DNA of 63,969 bases, filler included, from Hausera hauseri (lineage: Eukaryota): assembly GCA_046269625.1 (NCBI GenBank). It is 11 parts of 11 records of this genome, joined end to end, with 100 filler letters (N's around TTAATTAATTAA, not from the genome) between each part and the next. Parts side by side here need not be neighbours in the genome. Positions count along the whole stretch, not along the records: positions 28,984 to 35,866 come from JBJURY010055328.1; positions 35,967 to 42,789 come from JBJURY010062218.1; positions 42,890 to 49,242 come from JBJURY010108764.1; 8 more parts are not named here. The stretch is one strand, 5' to 3'. Shown here piece by piece: positions 34,351-48,800 of the stretch. Under the pieces are notes generated by a model. The model searched no databases. It was not told the origin of the DNA and saw only the letters and a program-made list of their open reading frames with translations. The translations under genes and the position numbers were made by a program. The first letter of the stretch is position 1. The number at the start of each line of letters is the position of its first letter.

Positions 34351-36899
34351 TTTGGCTGTTCGTAGTATTTTTTCAATATAGGTATTAGCTGGGATAGTTT
34401 GTGACTTTTTATTGATATCAATTTTAGACGGGATATCAGCTTTCTGCCCATCTCCATAATGTTTGTTAATAGATTTGCAGTGACGGTTTTGTTTGAAAGA
34501 GAGTAGGTCGACTACTGGAATATATTTCGTTTCACGCTCCATCGGATTCCATTTTGGAGTGTCTCGCTTGGTGCGCTCTTAATGAACTTCAGTGATCTTT
34601 GTAATCTCTGCATGATTTTCATTGAGTTCTGTTGCCAGTGAATGCTCTTCATTCTTTGATGGAGTGTTGGAGTCTGTATCTAAGTCAACATCGGAATACA
34701 AGGATTTGCGTTTCATCCCAGGGTTTCTTTCATTATTCTGTTGAGGACTCTACAGTCGCGTTCGAATTCTCAAGAAGTTTTAGTTCTAGCGAGTTTTTTG
34801 ATATGGGAGAATTTTGATTAGAGTTTTCCGATTGTCTAAGATCTGATTTGTCTTTGATGGTATTTTCGTTTTCAGTGATTTTGTCTTCGATAATTAAATT
34901 TTCAATATTTTCATCTGTAGTATTATTCTTTTGATTATTTGCTTTTTGGAGATCATCATAATTGAAGTCTTTATTTTCTGAAGTTTTGTTTTTGGTAGTG
35001 TTATTTTTATTAACTTGTTGATTAGAGTTTCGGGAAGTGTTTATACATTTTTTTCCAATCAATCTCGGTATCATTGAATTAATAGTTTTCTTCCTAGTCA
35101 CAATTTGCTCCATTGGTGTGATGACTCCAACTATTGAAGGATTTTTGTATGCCAAATTAGACATTGAGGCCCTCAGAGAGTTCTTGCCGGTGTTTGTGTT
35201 TTCTTCTGCGGAAATTATTTTTTCAATGTTATTGGAGTTTCCATTTTCTGTGTTCTCGTTGTCGGTGATTTTGTTTTCCGTTTCTTCATTATTCATGTTT
35301 TTGTTTTTCTTAAGTTTATTATTTCTGCAGTTTTGGTAATTAGCTTCAACGAATTTTGCTAGTTGATTTAGAGATTGAAATGGTACATGGCATTCGTTGT
35401 CTTGTATTGTAGGATAATCACATGTTTGAATCTGGTAGAAAATTGTCTTATTTGAGGAGTTTTTCACGTTTTCAGATGGATTTTCAGTTTTTCCCGCGTG
35501 AACTGCGACGACGTGCAGTGCTTTCCATCTTATCTGGTGAAAAAACGTTCTGTTTTTTGATACTGTTGCGCGCTTGTGCAGTACCTGAGAGAAATATTGA
35601 TTAATTCCTTCTCTGATGATCTTGGACGGATATTCTCTTTCATATAGAAGCATGTAATCAATAGCATCAATAATGTCTTTTGTTCGGTAAGAAGCGTTGC
35701 TAATGGAACGTAAGTTAAGTTCGGTTTAGGGAGTTCTTTAACGGAATTTCTTTTGTTCTTTCTGAAGCTTTCTGAATCGGTATTTTATATTTCGTGTCTT
35801 CACTGAAGATAGCCTTTTCAGTATTTGTAGTTTCTTTAAGATTTTCTTTCTTGTTCTCATTGTCGGNNNNNNNNNNNNNNNNNNNNNNNNNNNNNNNNNN
35901 NNNNNNNNNNTTAATTAATTAANNNNNNNNNNNNNNNNNNNNNNNNNNNNNNNNNNNNNNNNNNNNCATATCGTGGGGTAGCCATACATGTACAAATATC
36001 AGGTGGCTTAGCAATTTATCAAGAAAAGGTAATATTTACAGGAAAATAATTTGTAATTTTATTATTTTTCAATAAAGTAAATATAAATGTTCAAAAGGTT
36101 TATAAATCAATTATTGATCAAGACGGAAAGGCGAATTGTCAATGCAGTTGTCAGTTTTCGTATTTTGACATTTGAAGTAAGACTACTGAAATTTATGGGT
36201 TCATAAATATTAAGGAACCTTAACATTATTTTATTTAGTAATAAGGAATAATATTTTGAACAGAAAATTTTGACATAAAAATTAGTTTCATATCTTCCAC
36301 TCCCACTTCATGACAGTTTTATGTGCGTATTCTAAATATATCACACAAGAATGACAAATGACATACACTAGTCGAAAGACAAAGCTTGTATCCAAACCGC
36401 CTCGCCTTTCCCTTAAGGTCAGAGCTTCAAATCTTGCATGCTGTTCAGCCGGTTGGCCGCATTTTTTTTCTAGAGAAATCTGTAAAAGTTTTGTAGAGAT
36501 AAGTCGGAGTATACTTGCTGTGTCCAGATCGTTTCTATATTTCTGACGCTTGGACATACGTGAGCGAAATGGGCCTATTGTTGTGAAATATGCCTTTTCA
36601 TACCTCAAACGCCATTCAGCCAGTTTAGAATTGTGTAATTTTCTCCAAGATAATGAACACAATTTAATTATAATCATATGTATACATCAATACCAAATGC
36701 ATTTCATTCTATTGGTTCAAAATTTAATCGACTGATATTGTAATTACAATTTGTGCCTTCGGAAAGGATTTTTCGATCATTATTTACTAAAAATTAAAAT
36801 ATTGTAATTTCTAAATTTTAGTTTTCTGTTTATTGAGTGAATTATCGCATCAGTAAGGAGAAAACCGGAAATCTGCATCATCCTCGGGGGGTATGAGAA

Positions 36900-39502
36900 T
36901 AGATAAATCAATTTGCTCATGTGCCAATCGATAGTGCACAAAGTGCTATGAACATTTTCTTCAGGACAATATGGCTTAGCTCAAAGTCCTTAAGGTGAAT
37001 ATGAAACTGGAGGCCACATACATCAATGTTGATGGCGAAGAATCCAACAAGGCCTTCAAGACCAAAAATATGCCCATATTGATAAACACCAATATAGAAG
37101 AATGGCTGCAAGAAGCGCACGAGAAGCTGATCCGTGAAGCCGGAAAAAGCTAGGATAAGAAAAGCGGATGGACTCTGGCAACCATCAAGAGATAGATTGT
37201 GTATGTGCACAAGTACTCTCCCATGAGGAGCAATTCATATATTTAGCTCCCTTATTGGATAGCTAATAAAAAGCATGTGTCAATATCCATAATAGCGACA
37301 ACATGTGTTTCGTGCATGACATTCTATCAAAACTCGCAACGGATCAAAATCATGCTTCACGAGTTTGGCTATATAAGGATGTTCAGCACAAGTATGAATT
37401 GCAATGTATCAAGTTCCCTCCATCCATAGATGAAGTCAAAAATTTGGAGAAGTCAACAACATGTCCATAAATATCTTGGGACTGGATGAGGAGGACAAAT
37501 TTTATCCCCTACACATATGCGATGCTGAATTGGAGGATCATAGAGATCTGCTCCTACTAGACGATGGAGAAAAGAAAAATTATGTTTGGATCAAAGACTT
37601 TGAGCGGATAGTCAAATCACAAATTACGAAACATCATGGACAAGTAGAAATATGCAAACGATGCTTGTCCCATTTCAGCTGCGATGTGGCAGTATTAAAG
37701 CTACCAGAGCACAAAATGTACTGCAACAGCAATTATTGGATCAGGCCAGAATTTCCCAAGGAGGTTTACATTGAATTTAATGAGTTCGAGAAGATCACGG
37801 TCCCAATAGTTATCTTTTGGGACTTGGAGGCTATTCTCAGGCCACTTCAGAGTTGTAGCCTCAATTCACAACATAGCAGAACAACGGCATACCAATATCA
37901 TGAGATCTCATCATATTGTATGTATGCCAAAGGACTGGACAGTGAGCCACATCTATTCAGGGGTCCAGGCGCAGCAGCTCATTTTATGAAGCGACTTGGA
38001 GATATCGCTCATAGGCTTGGAGATATGCTGTAGCAGCATAAGGACAACATGAACATGTCGAAGTAGCAAGAAGAATGGCGCAGAATAACAGCATGTTACT
38101 TATGTGACAAATTCTTCACTAAGGGTAATCATAAAGTCAGGGATCACAGTCATTTTACAGGCAAATATCGAGGCGCGTAATGCAACAACTACAATATACA
38201 CTATAAAACATGTACATATGTATCTGTAGTGTTTCATAACCTCAGTGGCTATGACTCCTGCTTTACTGATCAGGAACTGGGAAACATTGAAGGAAACATT
38301 GATGTAATTCCTTATAGTGAGGAGAAGTACACCACCTTTACAAAGCATGTTGGGAAAATCAGGCTCCGCTTCGTACAGAGCTTTCGTTTCATGTTGTCTT
38401 CACTTGATAGTTTAGTGTAGAACCTCCCAGCAGAAGAACTCAAGGAGACAGAGCGGTTCTTTCCAACTGCATTTGACCTCGTCAAGAGTAAAGGCGTGTT
38501 TCCATATGACTATATAACTTCATGGGAAACACTGGATGCGACCTCATTGCCGGCCAAGAATGATTTTACAATATCCTCTCAGATAGCGATATGAATGATA
38601 ATGACTGCCAGCATGCTCAAAACGTCTGTCATGCATTCAAATACCGGACATTAGGAGAATGCAGCGACATATACCTCACGACAGACATGTTGCTTCTGAC
38701 GGATATCTTTGAGAGTTTCAGGGATGGATCCAATTCATTTCTTTACGACTCTAGGTATGGGTTGGACAGCTATGCTGAGATATGCAGGTGTCAGGCTGCA
38801 GATCATAAAGGATTACCACATGATCCTCATGATCGACAGAGGCATTAAACGCGGAATATGCCAGACCATTCACCAGTATAGCGAGGCCAACAACAAGTAT
38901 ATGGCCCAATATGATCCATCCAAAGAATCCTCATATATATCATACCTCGATGCCAACAAGCTTTGTGGTTGGGCAATGAGCTCCCCATTGCCATATGATA
39001 ACTTCAAGTGGGTCGAGAATCCTGAAAATATCCCTCTACTGGACCTGGATCCTAGTGGAGATATGGAACATATACTGGAGCTGGATACGGAATATCCGGC
39101 TTTTATCTACACAAGACATCAACAGCTGCCTTTCCTCCCTGAGATCAAGCCTCCGCTCCATGAAAAGCACAGAAAGCTGCTCTGCCATCTGGATAATAGG
39201 AAGAGGTATTTAGTTCACTACATCAATCTACAGCAGGCGGTCAAAAATGGCCTCCACATTACTACGATCCATAGAGCCCTGCAGTTCAGCCAGTCCAACT
39301 GGCTGCGGTCCTACATAGATCTCAATACGAAGTTGCGGACCAATGCCAAAAACGACTTTGAGAAGGACCAGTTCAAGCTTTACAACAACAGAGTTTTTGG
39401 TAAGACCATGGAGAATATACACAACATTATCAACATCAAACTGGTCTCTGAGTGGAAGCGGGAAAAAAAGCATATTGCCAAGCCTAACTCGCACAGTAGC
39501 AC
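36900..39502 (+). mobile_element. polB: Polinton pPolB (subfamily B) pseudogene, interrupted at 39503 by an LTR
   Basis: SGWTL, NYVWIKDFER, IFWDLE, FHNLSGYD, KRKGVFPYDY, YLDANKLCGWAM, KLYNNRVFGKTMEN. Confidence 0.92.
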
Positions 39503-42500
39503 TGTACTGCCCACATTCACCCGATCGATGATTTTCATGCGAAACATTTTTATGTAAAATGTTTTTGTTTAAATATAAGGACATTTGGTGGAATTTTGAA
39601 AGCTATAGACTTTTTCATTCCAAGACAGTACGATTGTGTAGTTATTTTTGCTAATTGTTTATATTTCTTTGATTAAATGGATTCACAAAAATCATTCGAG
39701 GAATTAGCCGTCGACGGGTTATTATCATTCGGTTCGATACATTCTGGTCGTACTCCCAAAATTCCCAGGCCAGANNNNNNNNNNNNNNNNNNNNNNNNNN
39801 NNNNNNNNNNNNNNNNNNNNNNNNNNNNNNNNNNNNNNNNNNNNNNNNNNNNNNNNNNNNNNNNNNNNNNNNNNAATATTCTTTGCCGATAATGACATAA
39901 CCTTATCCAACTGTACAGCGTTTTCTAACAGTCATACGAAAAACAATTTACTTCATTTCAATTCGTATCAAATCCAATCCCATCACGTCTGTAATCCGTC
40001 GGATAATGTTTCGTTGAATGAAAGTTTAAATGAGAACTTATCGGTCAAACATTACTTCCGGAATAGTTTAGAAAGTATGACAACAGAAATTGCCAATTCA
40101 AATGACATTCCATTGTTTCAAGAAGACAAAATGATAGAAAATTACACTGGTGTCAGAAGTCCCCACCTCTATGCAGTCGCCATACAGCGAGAAGAGGCTC
40201 AACATTGCATAACGGTCACGGATCCATTAGGATCAACCGTCTTGCATCAACCGGTTAACCCAGGAGAGACTGGTTGTCTCACAGTCGAAGAACAACAATT
40301 GGGGTTTTACATTCCTTATCTGCATCTCGGCGAAATCCAGGAGTTATTTTACTTCTCCATTGACGACGCAGATGATACACGGATACTTTCAGTGCTGCCC
40401 CCGTCGAGTGGAATGGTTCTAAGAAATTTAAATCATCACAACTTAGACAAACAGGTCTCTTTCACAAATCTCATAGTCTAAACGATTTGCCTCCTTACAA
40501 ATCTCACAAACTTTCTCGTGAATCCGACTGTGATAACAGTGATTCGTCGTTCGATCAACCACCGAATAAAATTCTAAAAACCGACAATTGTTCAAGCAAT
40601 TCTCATCGTACTTACTCACCAATATATATTTGTCGGGATATTGAAGGATCCAATGCACACACTTGTCTGAAATCGGTATGTGATTTGATCAAAACACTTT
40701 GTAAGCTCATCCAAGGAGGAATTATGGAACATTTTGCTGTCTATATCCAAAGTTCATTCGATCGTTATTCACAAAATATCCAAGTCAGTTGGAAAGAAAA
40801 GGGCCGTGCACTGTTTTTAACTATGTCCATTGCATCACGTGGCAATACCAAAATATACGGCGCTGCCATTGCGAGCTTCATCGACATTGCTTCGTCCTAT
40901 TGGAGAGAAGTCGAAGAATTCTTGCCGAACGTATTTCTTCTTCTCGGTGACAATCCACCGACGCGTTGGTCACCAGAAAACTCACGCTGGGTACCGCCTG
41001 GCAAAGTTGACTTTGCCACATTCACCCAATCGATGATTTGCATGCGAAACATTTTTTTTTATGTAAAACCTTTTTGTTTAAATACAAAAACTTTTGGTGG
41101 AATTTTGAAAATTATAGACTTTTTCATTCTAGTACAGTACGATTATGTAGTTATTTTTGCTAATTGTTTATATTTCTTTTATTAAAAGGACTTACAAAAA
41201 TCATTAGAGGAATTAGCCGTCGACGGGTTATTATCATTCGGTTCGATACATTCTGGTCGTACTCCCAAAATTCCCAGGCCAGAAATTCCTAGGTTCTTCA
41301 TTGATAATTCGGAGATACTTAACACACCAACGGTTCTATTGGATTCCGATTCTTTGGGCATAGAATCCGAGAATAATTTGCCAATATTCTTTGCCGATAA
41401 TGACATAACCTTATCCAACTGTACAGCGTTTTCTAACAGTCATACGAAAAACAATTTACCCCATTTCAATTCGTATCAAATCCAATCCCATCACGTCCGT
41501 AATCCGTCGGATAATGTTTCGTCCAATGAAAGTAAATGAGAATTTATCGGTGAAACATTACTTCCGGAATAATTTAGAGAGTATGACAACAGAAATTGCC
41601 AATTCAAATGACATTCCATTTTTCCAACGAAACAAAATGATAGAGAACAACAATGGTGTCAGAAGCCCACATCTGTACACAGTCGCTGTACATCGGGCAG
41701 AAGTCCAACATTTTTAATGGTCACGGACCCATTAGGATCAATCGTTTTGCATCAACCGGTGGAACCAGGAGAGACCAATTCTCTAATAGTCGAAACACAT
41801 CAAACAGACTTTACGTGCCATTTCTACGTCTCGGGGAAATTCAGAAATTGTTTTATTTTTCCATCGACGATGCACCGGACATGCCTAATGTTACTTCTGT
41901 CGACTCGACCAATACCGAAAAATTTAAATCATCACATGATTCAGAGAAAACAAGCAACTCAAACTATTTGCATTATCGCGAATCCCACAAATGTTCTCGG
42001 GAATCCGATTGTGATGATAGCAATTCGTCGTTTGACCGATCACATAATAAAATTAAAAAAATCGACGATTGTTCGGACAACTTCGCAGTGCATTTGCTCA
42101 CGACAATAAATGGCGATGGATCTAAAAAATGGATCCTAAATCTAACGTATGCCTTTCATCAAATTGTGACCGTAAAACCAATTTGAAAAGTTCGCTGTAT
42201 GCGGACAATACGTTGAATTATCATAATAACAACAAGATATCTCGTGAACAGCTGAGTAATATTCCGTCCGCCAGAGCAGTTGAGTCGAATTTGGATGCAA
42301 AAATACCATCCGTTGGCGTAAAAAATCTTACCAGTGACAATTTCTGCTCACCTGCCGCATTTGTTAAACGAAATCTGAATTCGAACAGTGTTTTATAAAT
42401 TCAAAAAGAACCCGAGTTTGCCCATTCACCATTTACATCTTAGTTTCAGTTACAACAGAACAAGTCGGTATATAACGGAAATATGGTCAATCATCAGGTT

Positions 42501-42789
42501 TCAGAAGCTTGGTTACCGAAAAACCTTCGGTGCGTCCCTCCTGGCAATACCAACCTTACCACGGGGGGAGGGGTAGTGTGGTGCCCACATTTACCCAATC
42601 GGTGCTTGTATATAAAACATTTTGTATTTTAAACAAGTGTTTTAATATAAAATAGATGAAGTTGTATTTTGAAAATTATCGACTTTTTCAGTCTAGGACA
42701 GTATGATTATGTAGTTATTTTTGTTAATTGTTAATATTTCTGTGATTAAATGGATTTACAAAAATCATTCGAGGAATTAACCGTCGACG
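39503..42789 (+). mobile_element. non-autonomous tandem LTR array (LTR1 39503-~40965, LTR2 ~41016-42509, LTR3 42577 to gap) with ~50-65 nt internal parts
   Basis: Three copies of CCACATT(C/T)ACCC.ATCG...GAGGAATTA.CCGTCGACG; spacers start TGGT(C/T)ACC; PPT GGGGGGAGGGGTAG precedes TGTGGTGCCCACA at 42577. Confidence 0.8.
40620..40935 (+). pseudogene. CSE1L: exportin-2 (CSE1L) internal fragment
   Basis: YICRDIEGSNAHT..SVCDLIKTLCK..VSWKEKGRALFLTMSIASRGNTKIYG resembles [52 protein letters not shown]. Confidence 0.8.
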
Positions 42790-42889
42790 NNNNNNNNNNN
42801 NNNNNNNNNNNNNNNNNNNNNNNNNNNNNNNNNTTAATTAATTAANNNNNNNNNNNNNNNNNNNNNNNNNNNNNNNNNNNNNNNNNNNN

Positions 42890-45800
42890 GAACTGTTTCG
42901 GTTTGGATTGTTATTTTTTAATGCGGTTTTCGAATTTGTGTAGCTGGATTCTTGCTCTTCAGGCTCATTTCCGATTTTTACTTTTTGGGATTTTGTTGAT
43001 TGGGGAAATGATTGTTTCTCTCAAAAGTTTAGAATTCAAAAAGGTCAGTTTGAAATTCTGATCGATTTTTTGATTCAGATTTTTGGGTAATTAAGAGATC
43101 CTAACACAGGTATTCATCCCGACTCTACTCGGGTTAATATATTGCTCAATATTATAATCGGGTTTAGTGTTTCTTTTGGCTCAAAATATACTGGTAAATC
43201 GTCGTCTTGACAGATTTGTGCGAATATCAACAATTCCGTTTTAGGCGGAATGTTTTCGTCGACCGGAATCCATACTTCTCCGGGTTCTCTCTCTTTATTA
43301 ATCTTAGTGCCTTTCATTGGTCCGAGCTCAAATAACTTCGAGGTATTTAAATCTATCGCAACGTTTGGTAGACGTCCTGATATATCACACCCTAATACTA
43401 CATTGTCTGTCAGTTGTTCCATTATAGAAAATTCATGTTGGAATGTTTGTCCCATTATTTTAAGATTTGGATTCCACTTAAATTTTGGTCTTGATTCTTG
43501 TCCGAAAGCTCCTATACTTCCGCGGTCGGTTTCTAGTGGTAAACGTAGTTGATTCAGTAATATTTTTGGTATCGATCCGCCCTTTATAAACGATTTCTCT
43601 GATCCGGTATCTATTAGTGCGTATACTTCCCAATCGTCAATACTAATTTGGCGAATGGTCTACCTTCTTTTATCTTAGGTTGTTTAACGACGGATATCTT
43701 GTACCCTTTCACACTAATTTATGGTGCTTTATTCTCGGTTACTTATCCTAATTCGTCAATAGGATATAATCCATTATTTACACTGTTTTTGTTATCTCGT
43801 TCCGACGTACTGATTAGCGGTTCTAGGTTGTTTGGTTTATGGAAAGATTGCATTCTTGGATTATCCCAAATTAATGATTTAGTTTCTATATTCCGTGAAA
43901 TTCTTGGAGAGTATATTAGCTTGCGATCATCTACCGGCTGGCAGTATAATTCGGATTTTTCCCTGGTTCGGTACATTTTTCGTAACACGCCGTATTGTTT
44001 TGTCCCTTCATAATGGTCTTCATAATTGAATGGTTTTCGATAGATTTCCGAACTATAGGAGTTAATAGATCTTTTATTTCAGCCTTCATATTGTGGTGCT
44101 AAAGGAGGCAACATTGGCAAGGGCGGCCTAAGCGTCTTACGATTGCCTATCTTGGAGACCGCGTCTCCTCCCTTAGGCTCATCATCATCCGAATCGTTTT
44201 TTGGAAATTTTGTATTTCTTTGTCCTATAAAAAATATAGGTTTTCTCTTTCGTTTCCGATTATAATAACCAATATGTCTCTCCACGTCGCTTTTCCATTT
44301 GTTTTCTTCATAGGCCTTCAAATATTTTCCAAACGGTGTTACGATTGTGGTCAAAATTTTGCATGAAAATCCGGTTAGGGTAGATATTTCATAGCCGTTT
44401 ATAACGGAATGAATTATAGCCTTTACGAGTTGTACCAAGAAGTAGATGGTTAAAAATCCCGATGCAGCTTATCCGAAAATTAAAAATCTTTCCCAGATTT
44501 TATATAGTATTTCTGTAGTGACTCATTGATAATGATTAACGCCAAGTAGGGATTCCCATTTTGCTTCATAGCGAGTGTCATCCATCACCGTTAATATGGC
44601 TCTGTTTAGCTCATGTGTACGCTGTCGAGGGAAGGCTAAGAATTGTCCGAAAGCTTCAATTTCCTTTGGTCTGTAAATCCCTTTACTTGCAATGTCGACG
44701 AACTTATCATCTGTTATTCCATTTAATAAATTTGTTCCGGTTAATTTGCCAGGCATAGCTATAATTCCTCCATTTGGCAGACTTACCCAATCTGTCACAT
44801 TTCTCTTAAACATAGGATCGCCTAAACCGGCTTTGCATTCTTTCAAAACAGTTGGTTGTGTCGCGTTTTCTAGCAAGACTCTAGTGAGTCGCATAGCCAA
44901 TCGAGGTACGTTTTGATATATGACTGGCAACTCTTGGATACAACGTTTTTCTTCTACGTTTATGGATACCTCCAGTTTTTCACACTCGTAGGTCAACAGG
45001 ACTTCTTCAGTGAGTCTTCCGAAGATTCCTTTTTCATCGGAATTACAGATGGCGCTAGTTCTGGATTTGCAGAGATTAAAGCTGGTTTGGTTCCCATAAT
45101 TTCTATATCCAATTTACAGTCGTTGGCGATCATCTTGTGGTATAATTCTGCTAGTCCAATCGGCCCTTTGTAAAAAAAGTAATCGTCTCTATTTTTCAAA
45201 TAATCATCCATTTTTACATCTTGTGTTTGGAGAGCAAAAGTAGTTATTGCAGCTTCTGCTACTAAGAAGGCTTCATAATTCGTGGTGTACATTACTACGT
45301 TACATCGAGAATGCATTTGCTTCTTAATGAACTTTAATCCGTGATCTTCGGAGATTATTATCGTGGGTGTAGACTGTTCAGCTACGTCCTTCCTTGACCT
45401 GGCATTATTGTCGGTTGTGTTTACATATCTTTTCCCGTGGTTTCGTTAAAGTTTATCTCTTTTATTTTAATACAGTTACAATCATTCATAGGTGACAGAG
45501 TCCAAATAACTATCGAATTTAGGAAAGTACAGGCAACATCTTGGATATGACACTTCTGATTTTCTGTATATGTTTTTGTAACACTATGGAACATCTCCTT
45601 TTGGTTCCTTATCTCTGTCTCATAGAAATCAACTACTACTATTACTGCTTCTCTTCCTTTTCCTGTATCGTATTCACCTCCTTTACAGTATCCGGTGTGC
45701 ATGTATAATTTCCGAATTGCTACTTTATACACTCGAATTATCTTTCCTGGTTTGGCTTCTAACTCCATCCCATCCCATCTCAATCTTCCTGTTTCCTTGG

Positions 45801-48800
45801 CTTGTTTGCATTGTTGTCGATCTAAATCCATTATGAATTAGCGGTTTCGTTGGTTTTACGAGCGACGAATGTTTATGCATATTTCCACAGTGAAAAATGC
45901 TTCACGATCGTCGTAACATACACTCTATCCCATTTATTGCGATTAGTTCGCGTTGTTGATACAAGAAATACTTTTTCTTATTGGTTACTAATTTGTGGGG
46001 TCTGGCATCCTCACACAACTCCAGATCCATTATGGAATATTTTTGAACTTTTTAAAATTTATCACAGTCATATACCGTGATTGCACTGAGTTGTCTTATT
46101 AGCATCATAAGTGTTATTAGTTTAATCATCCAGTCGGATTCACTACTTCGCATTGAGTTAGTTGGTACTAAATTTCTTACCACATCTTCAAATCTAGTGG
46201 TTGGCCTGTATCCATCTCCGTCGTCAAATAGCTTGGACCATTTTATCTCTCTAGGTATCTTCCTAGCAGCTTTTCTGATCAATCCAATGGTTCTATTGAA
46301 TTCGTTTTCATTTAGGGGTTTGTTTTGATTGCCAAGTACAATGCTACTTTCCTTAATTCTTCCTCAGTATTCTCTACCATAATTTTCTCGTGAGGTAAGT
46401 TGCTTTTTTTCATTTTGAACCGAAATGTTCTCATTATCCATGCTGCGTCGTATATTGCCTTTTCTTTTTCATCTAACATCTTGTTTCTTGGTCCCGAATA
46501 GTTCATTATTTTTATAATGTTTCTCAGTAACTCGTTTAATTCTTCGCTATCGGAGTTAATCGCGGGCATGGATAATTGCCTTAGTTCTCGTATCAGAGCT
46601 GCACTTTGGTCAATATCATCTCATATTTTCCTCGGCCTTCCAACTTGTCGTTTCTGTTTCGACGCAGTTGGTATTGCTTCGCTAATCGGTACTAGATTCT
46701 TATCGTATTGTTCCTTATCTTCCTCACTTTGGAGGTAGTCAAAATACATGGCAGGGTCTCGGATTCCCATGCGTTCAAAGCAATGTTCATCTCACTTTCC
46801 TTACAGCCTCGTCTTTCGTCTGTTCGCCGGTTATTATAGCCACTATTCGATTTGATTCCTATGGAATAATGCCAACATCTATTAGTAACTCAAGTTCGTC
46901 CAGTATCCTACTTCGGAAATATGACCGATAATTTACTTCATCTTTCCCACTGTTTTGTACTACCCATTGTTTTACTTCTCTAACCGATGTTACCGTTATG
47001 CATGCAATTTCGCTATTCCATCCATTCAGCTTATATTTTTACCTTAACCGTCGTTTCAGGTTTATCTTTCAAGAAATCAGTATTTCTTTATCAATAGTCT
47101 GGGTACTGAGCTATAAACGGTGTTTTCGCTTGATAGTTTGGTTAATGTAAGGATGAACTGTCTCAATTTGCTCTCAGTCATGTTGACGTTAATCTGCTCA
47201 ATTAATTCCCTTTCGGCCCGTGCGGGATCCAAGTCCATCTCCATATCAAATCGCCGGTCTGTTGGAAGAATATCCTTTTGTTGAAGTTGATGATGTGGGC
47301 AAATATCAAACGTCGATAGATCGCATATGGATATTTCATCCATGGGCCTTGTTGTCAAGTATCGTACACCTAGACGGACACATTTTAGTCTCAAGATCTT
47401 TTCTTGTTTCGCCGATAATTCCATTTCTTCCATCATGATATACAATTCTGTGAATTTTATTTCCTGATATATACTCATAAATGTTAGTCTCAATAACTCG
47501 TTAAATTCAACTCGAAGTTTGCCTCAGTTTTGTAAGCATCTAGGTTACGGAGTATTTCTTAGCTGTTGTTTTAATATCGGTTCACATTCTGAATACTTCC
47601 TTAGACGATATTTCATCACACTCACTAATCTGTCTAACAGTTCAATCCATTCTTTGAACTGGTTATCTATCATTGGTTTCGCATTTATTACATTTTCTAA
47701 TCGTTCGTAGGTGTCATTCAATTTATCATCTGGACCTTCCTTCTTGCATTCGTCAAGTTCTAAAATACGTTTTCGTTATGTTTTGTACTTCTTGATTCTC
47801 TGCATACGTTATTTTATTCTTACATCTGTAGATTTCGGAGCGCCTTTTATCTTGCGAGGCTATGCGAACTCCTATGTCCGCATATTCTTTGGGTGCACTG
47901 TATGCGATCTTACACATTTCCATTATGAGATGAATGTCTACAGGTTCTATACCTAGTATTAAAAATTCGTTTTCATCTTATTCGAATATTGGTTTACTTT
48001 TGAGGCGATAGATTACTGCACTCTCTATTTCTATCATTAACTTCTCTAAATTCCGTTTTGCTCGCTTCTGTTTTAAATCCGTCTCCTTGGGCAGTCGCCA
48101 CTTTACTCTTAATTTCCATTTCTTGATTATTCCATGTAACGGTGAAGTCGATTCCGTTTTTTATCCATGAATCCATTTTGTCTTCCATTTTTCAAGTGAC
48201 TTCTCCATAATTTCATCCATTTCCTCTGGTTCTTTCTTCTTCAAGGTATCGTTTAAATTCTTTATACATTCTTTCGGCGAACTGGTTCTTTTCCAGACAC
48301 ATCTTGAGTTTTTATATGCCTTAATTCTTTCCTTTAATTTATCTGCATTTTTCCAGAACTTTCTGATCTTCCACACCTTTCCGTCTAGCCTTTTAATTCG
48401 TTCCGTGCCATCAGTCTCACCTTCGCTATCGGGTAATGGACATCTCATTTATCTCTGCTCGCGTCTCCTACTGTTACCCTTGTACTTGGAATATCGGGAT
48501 GTCCTCTGTCCGCATCTTGGACTTAAGTTTTCTCTGCATTATCGCTTTTAAATGGCGATCTTGATCTACCTTTTGGCTTCTTTTTAAGTGATGGACTGCG
48601 ACCTCTATTTTTCGTTATTTTAAGGACTAATGGAGCTATATATTCACTCTCAATTTCGTCAGCCACACCTTGACGTCCTCTGCCAAGGTTTCAGATTCAG
48701 CGTCCAAGTCTACATTGGGCGATGTCTCTGCTGCTTCCACATTACTTGCTTTTTCTGTCACTACGGGCTTTACAGGCACGTTCTTCTTGAGAACCATATT

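Larger units (their letters stand above)
29825..35866 (-). mobile_element. NeSL/Utopia/R5-like non-LTR retrotransposon (Ulp1 x2, Zn fingers, RT, CCHC, RLE), disrupted, 5' end in gap
   Basis: WRPIAL, AFLDICEAF, GVRQGCPLS, LAYADDL, YKYLGV, CRRC..ESLQHVLCHC, RHN, RPDI..IIDVK; AATAAA at 29832-29837. Confidence 0.93.
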
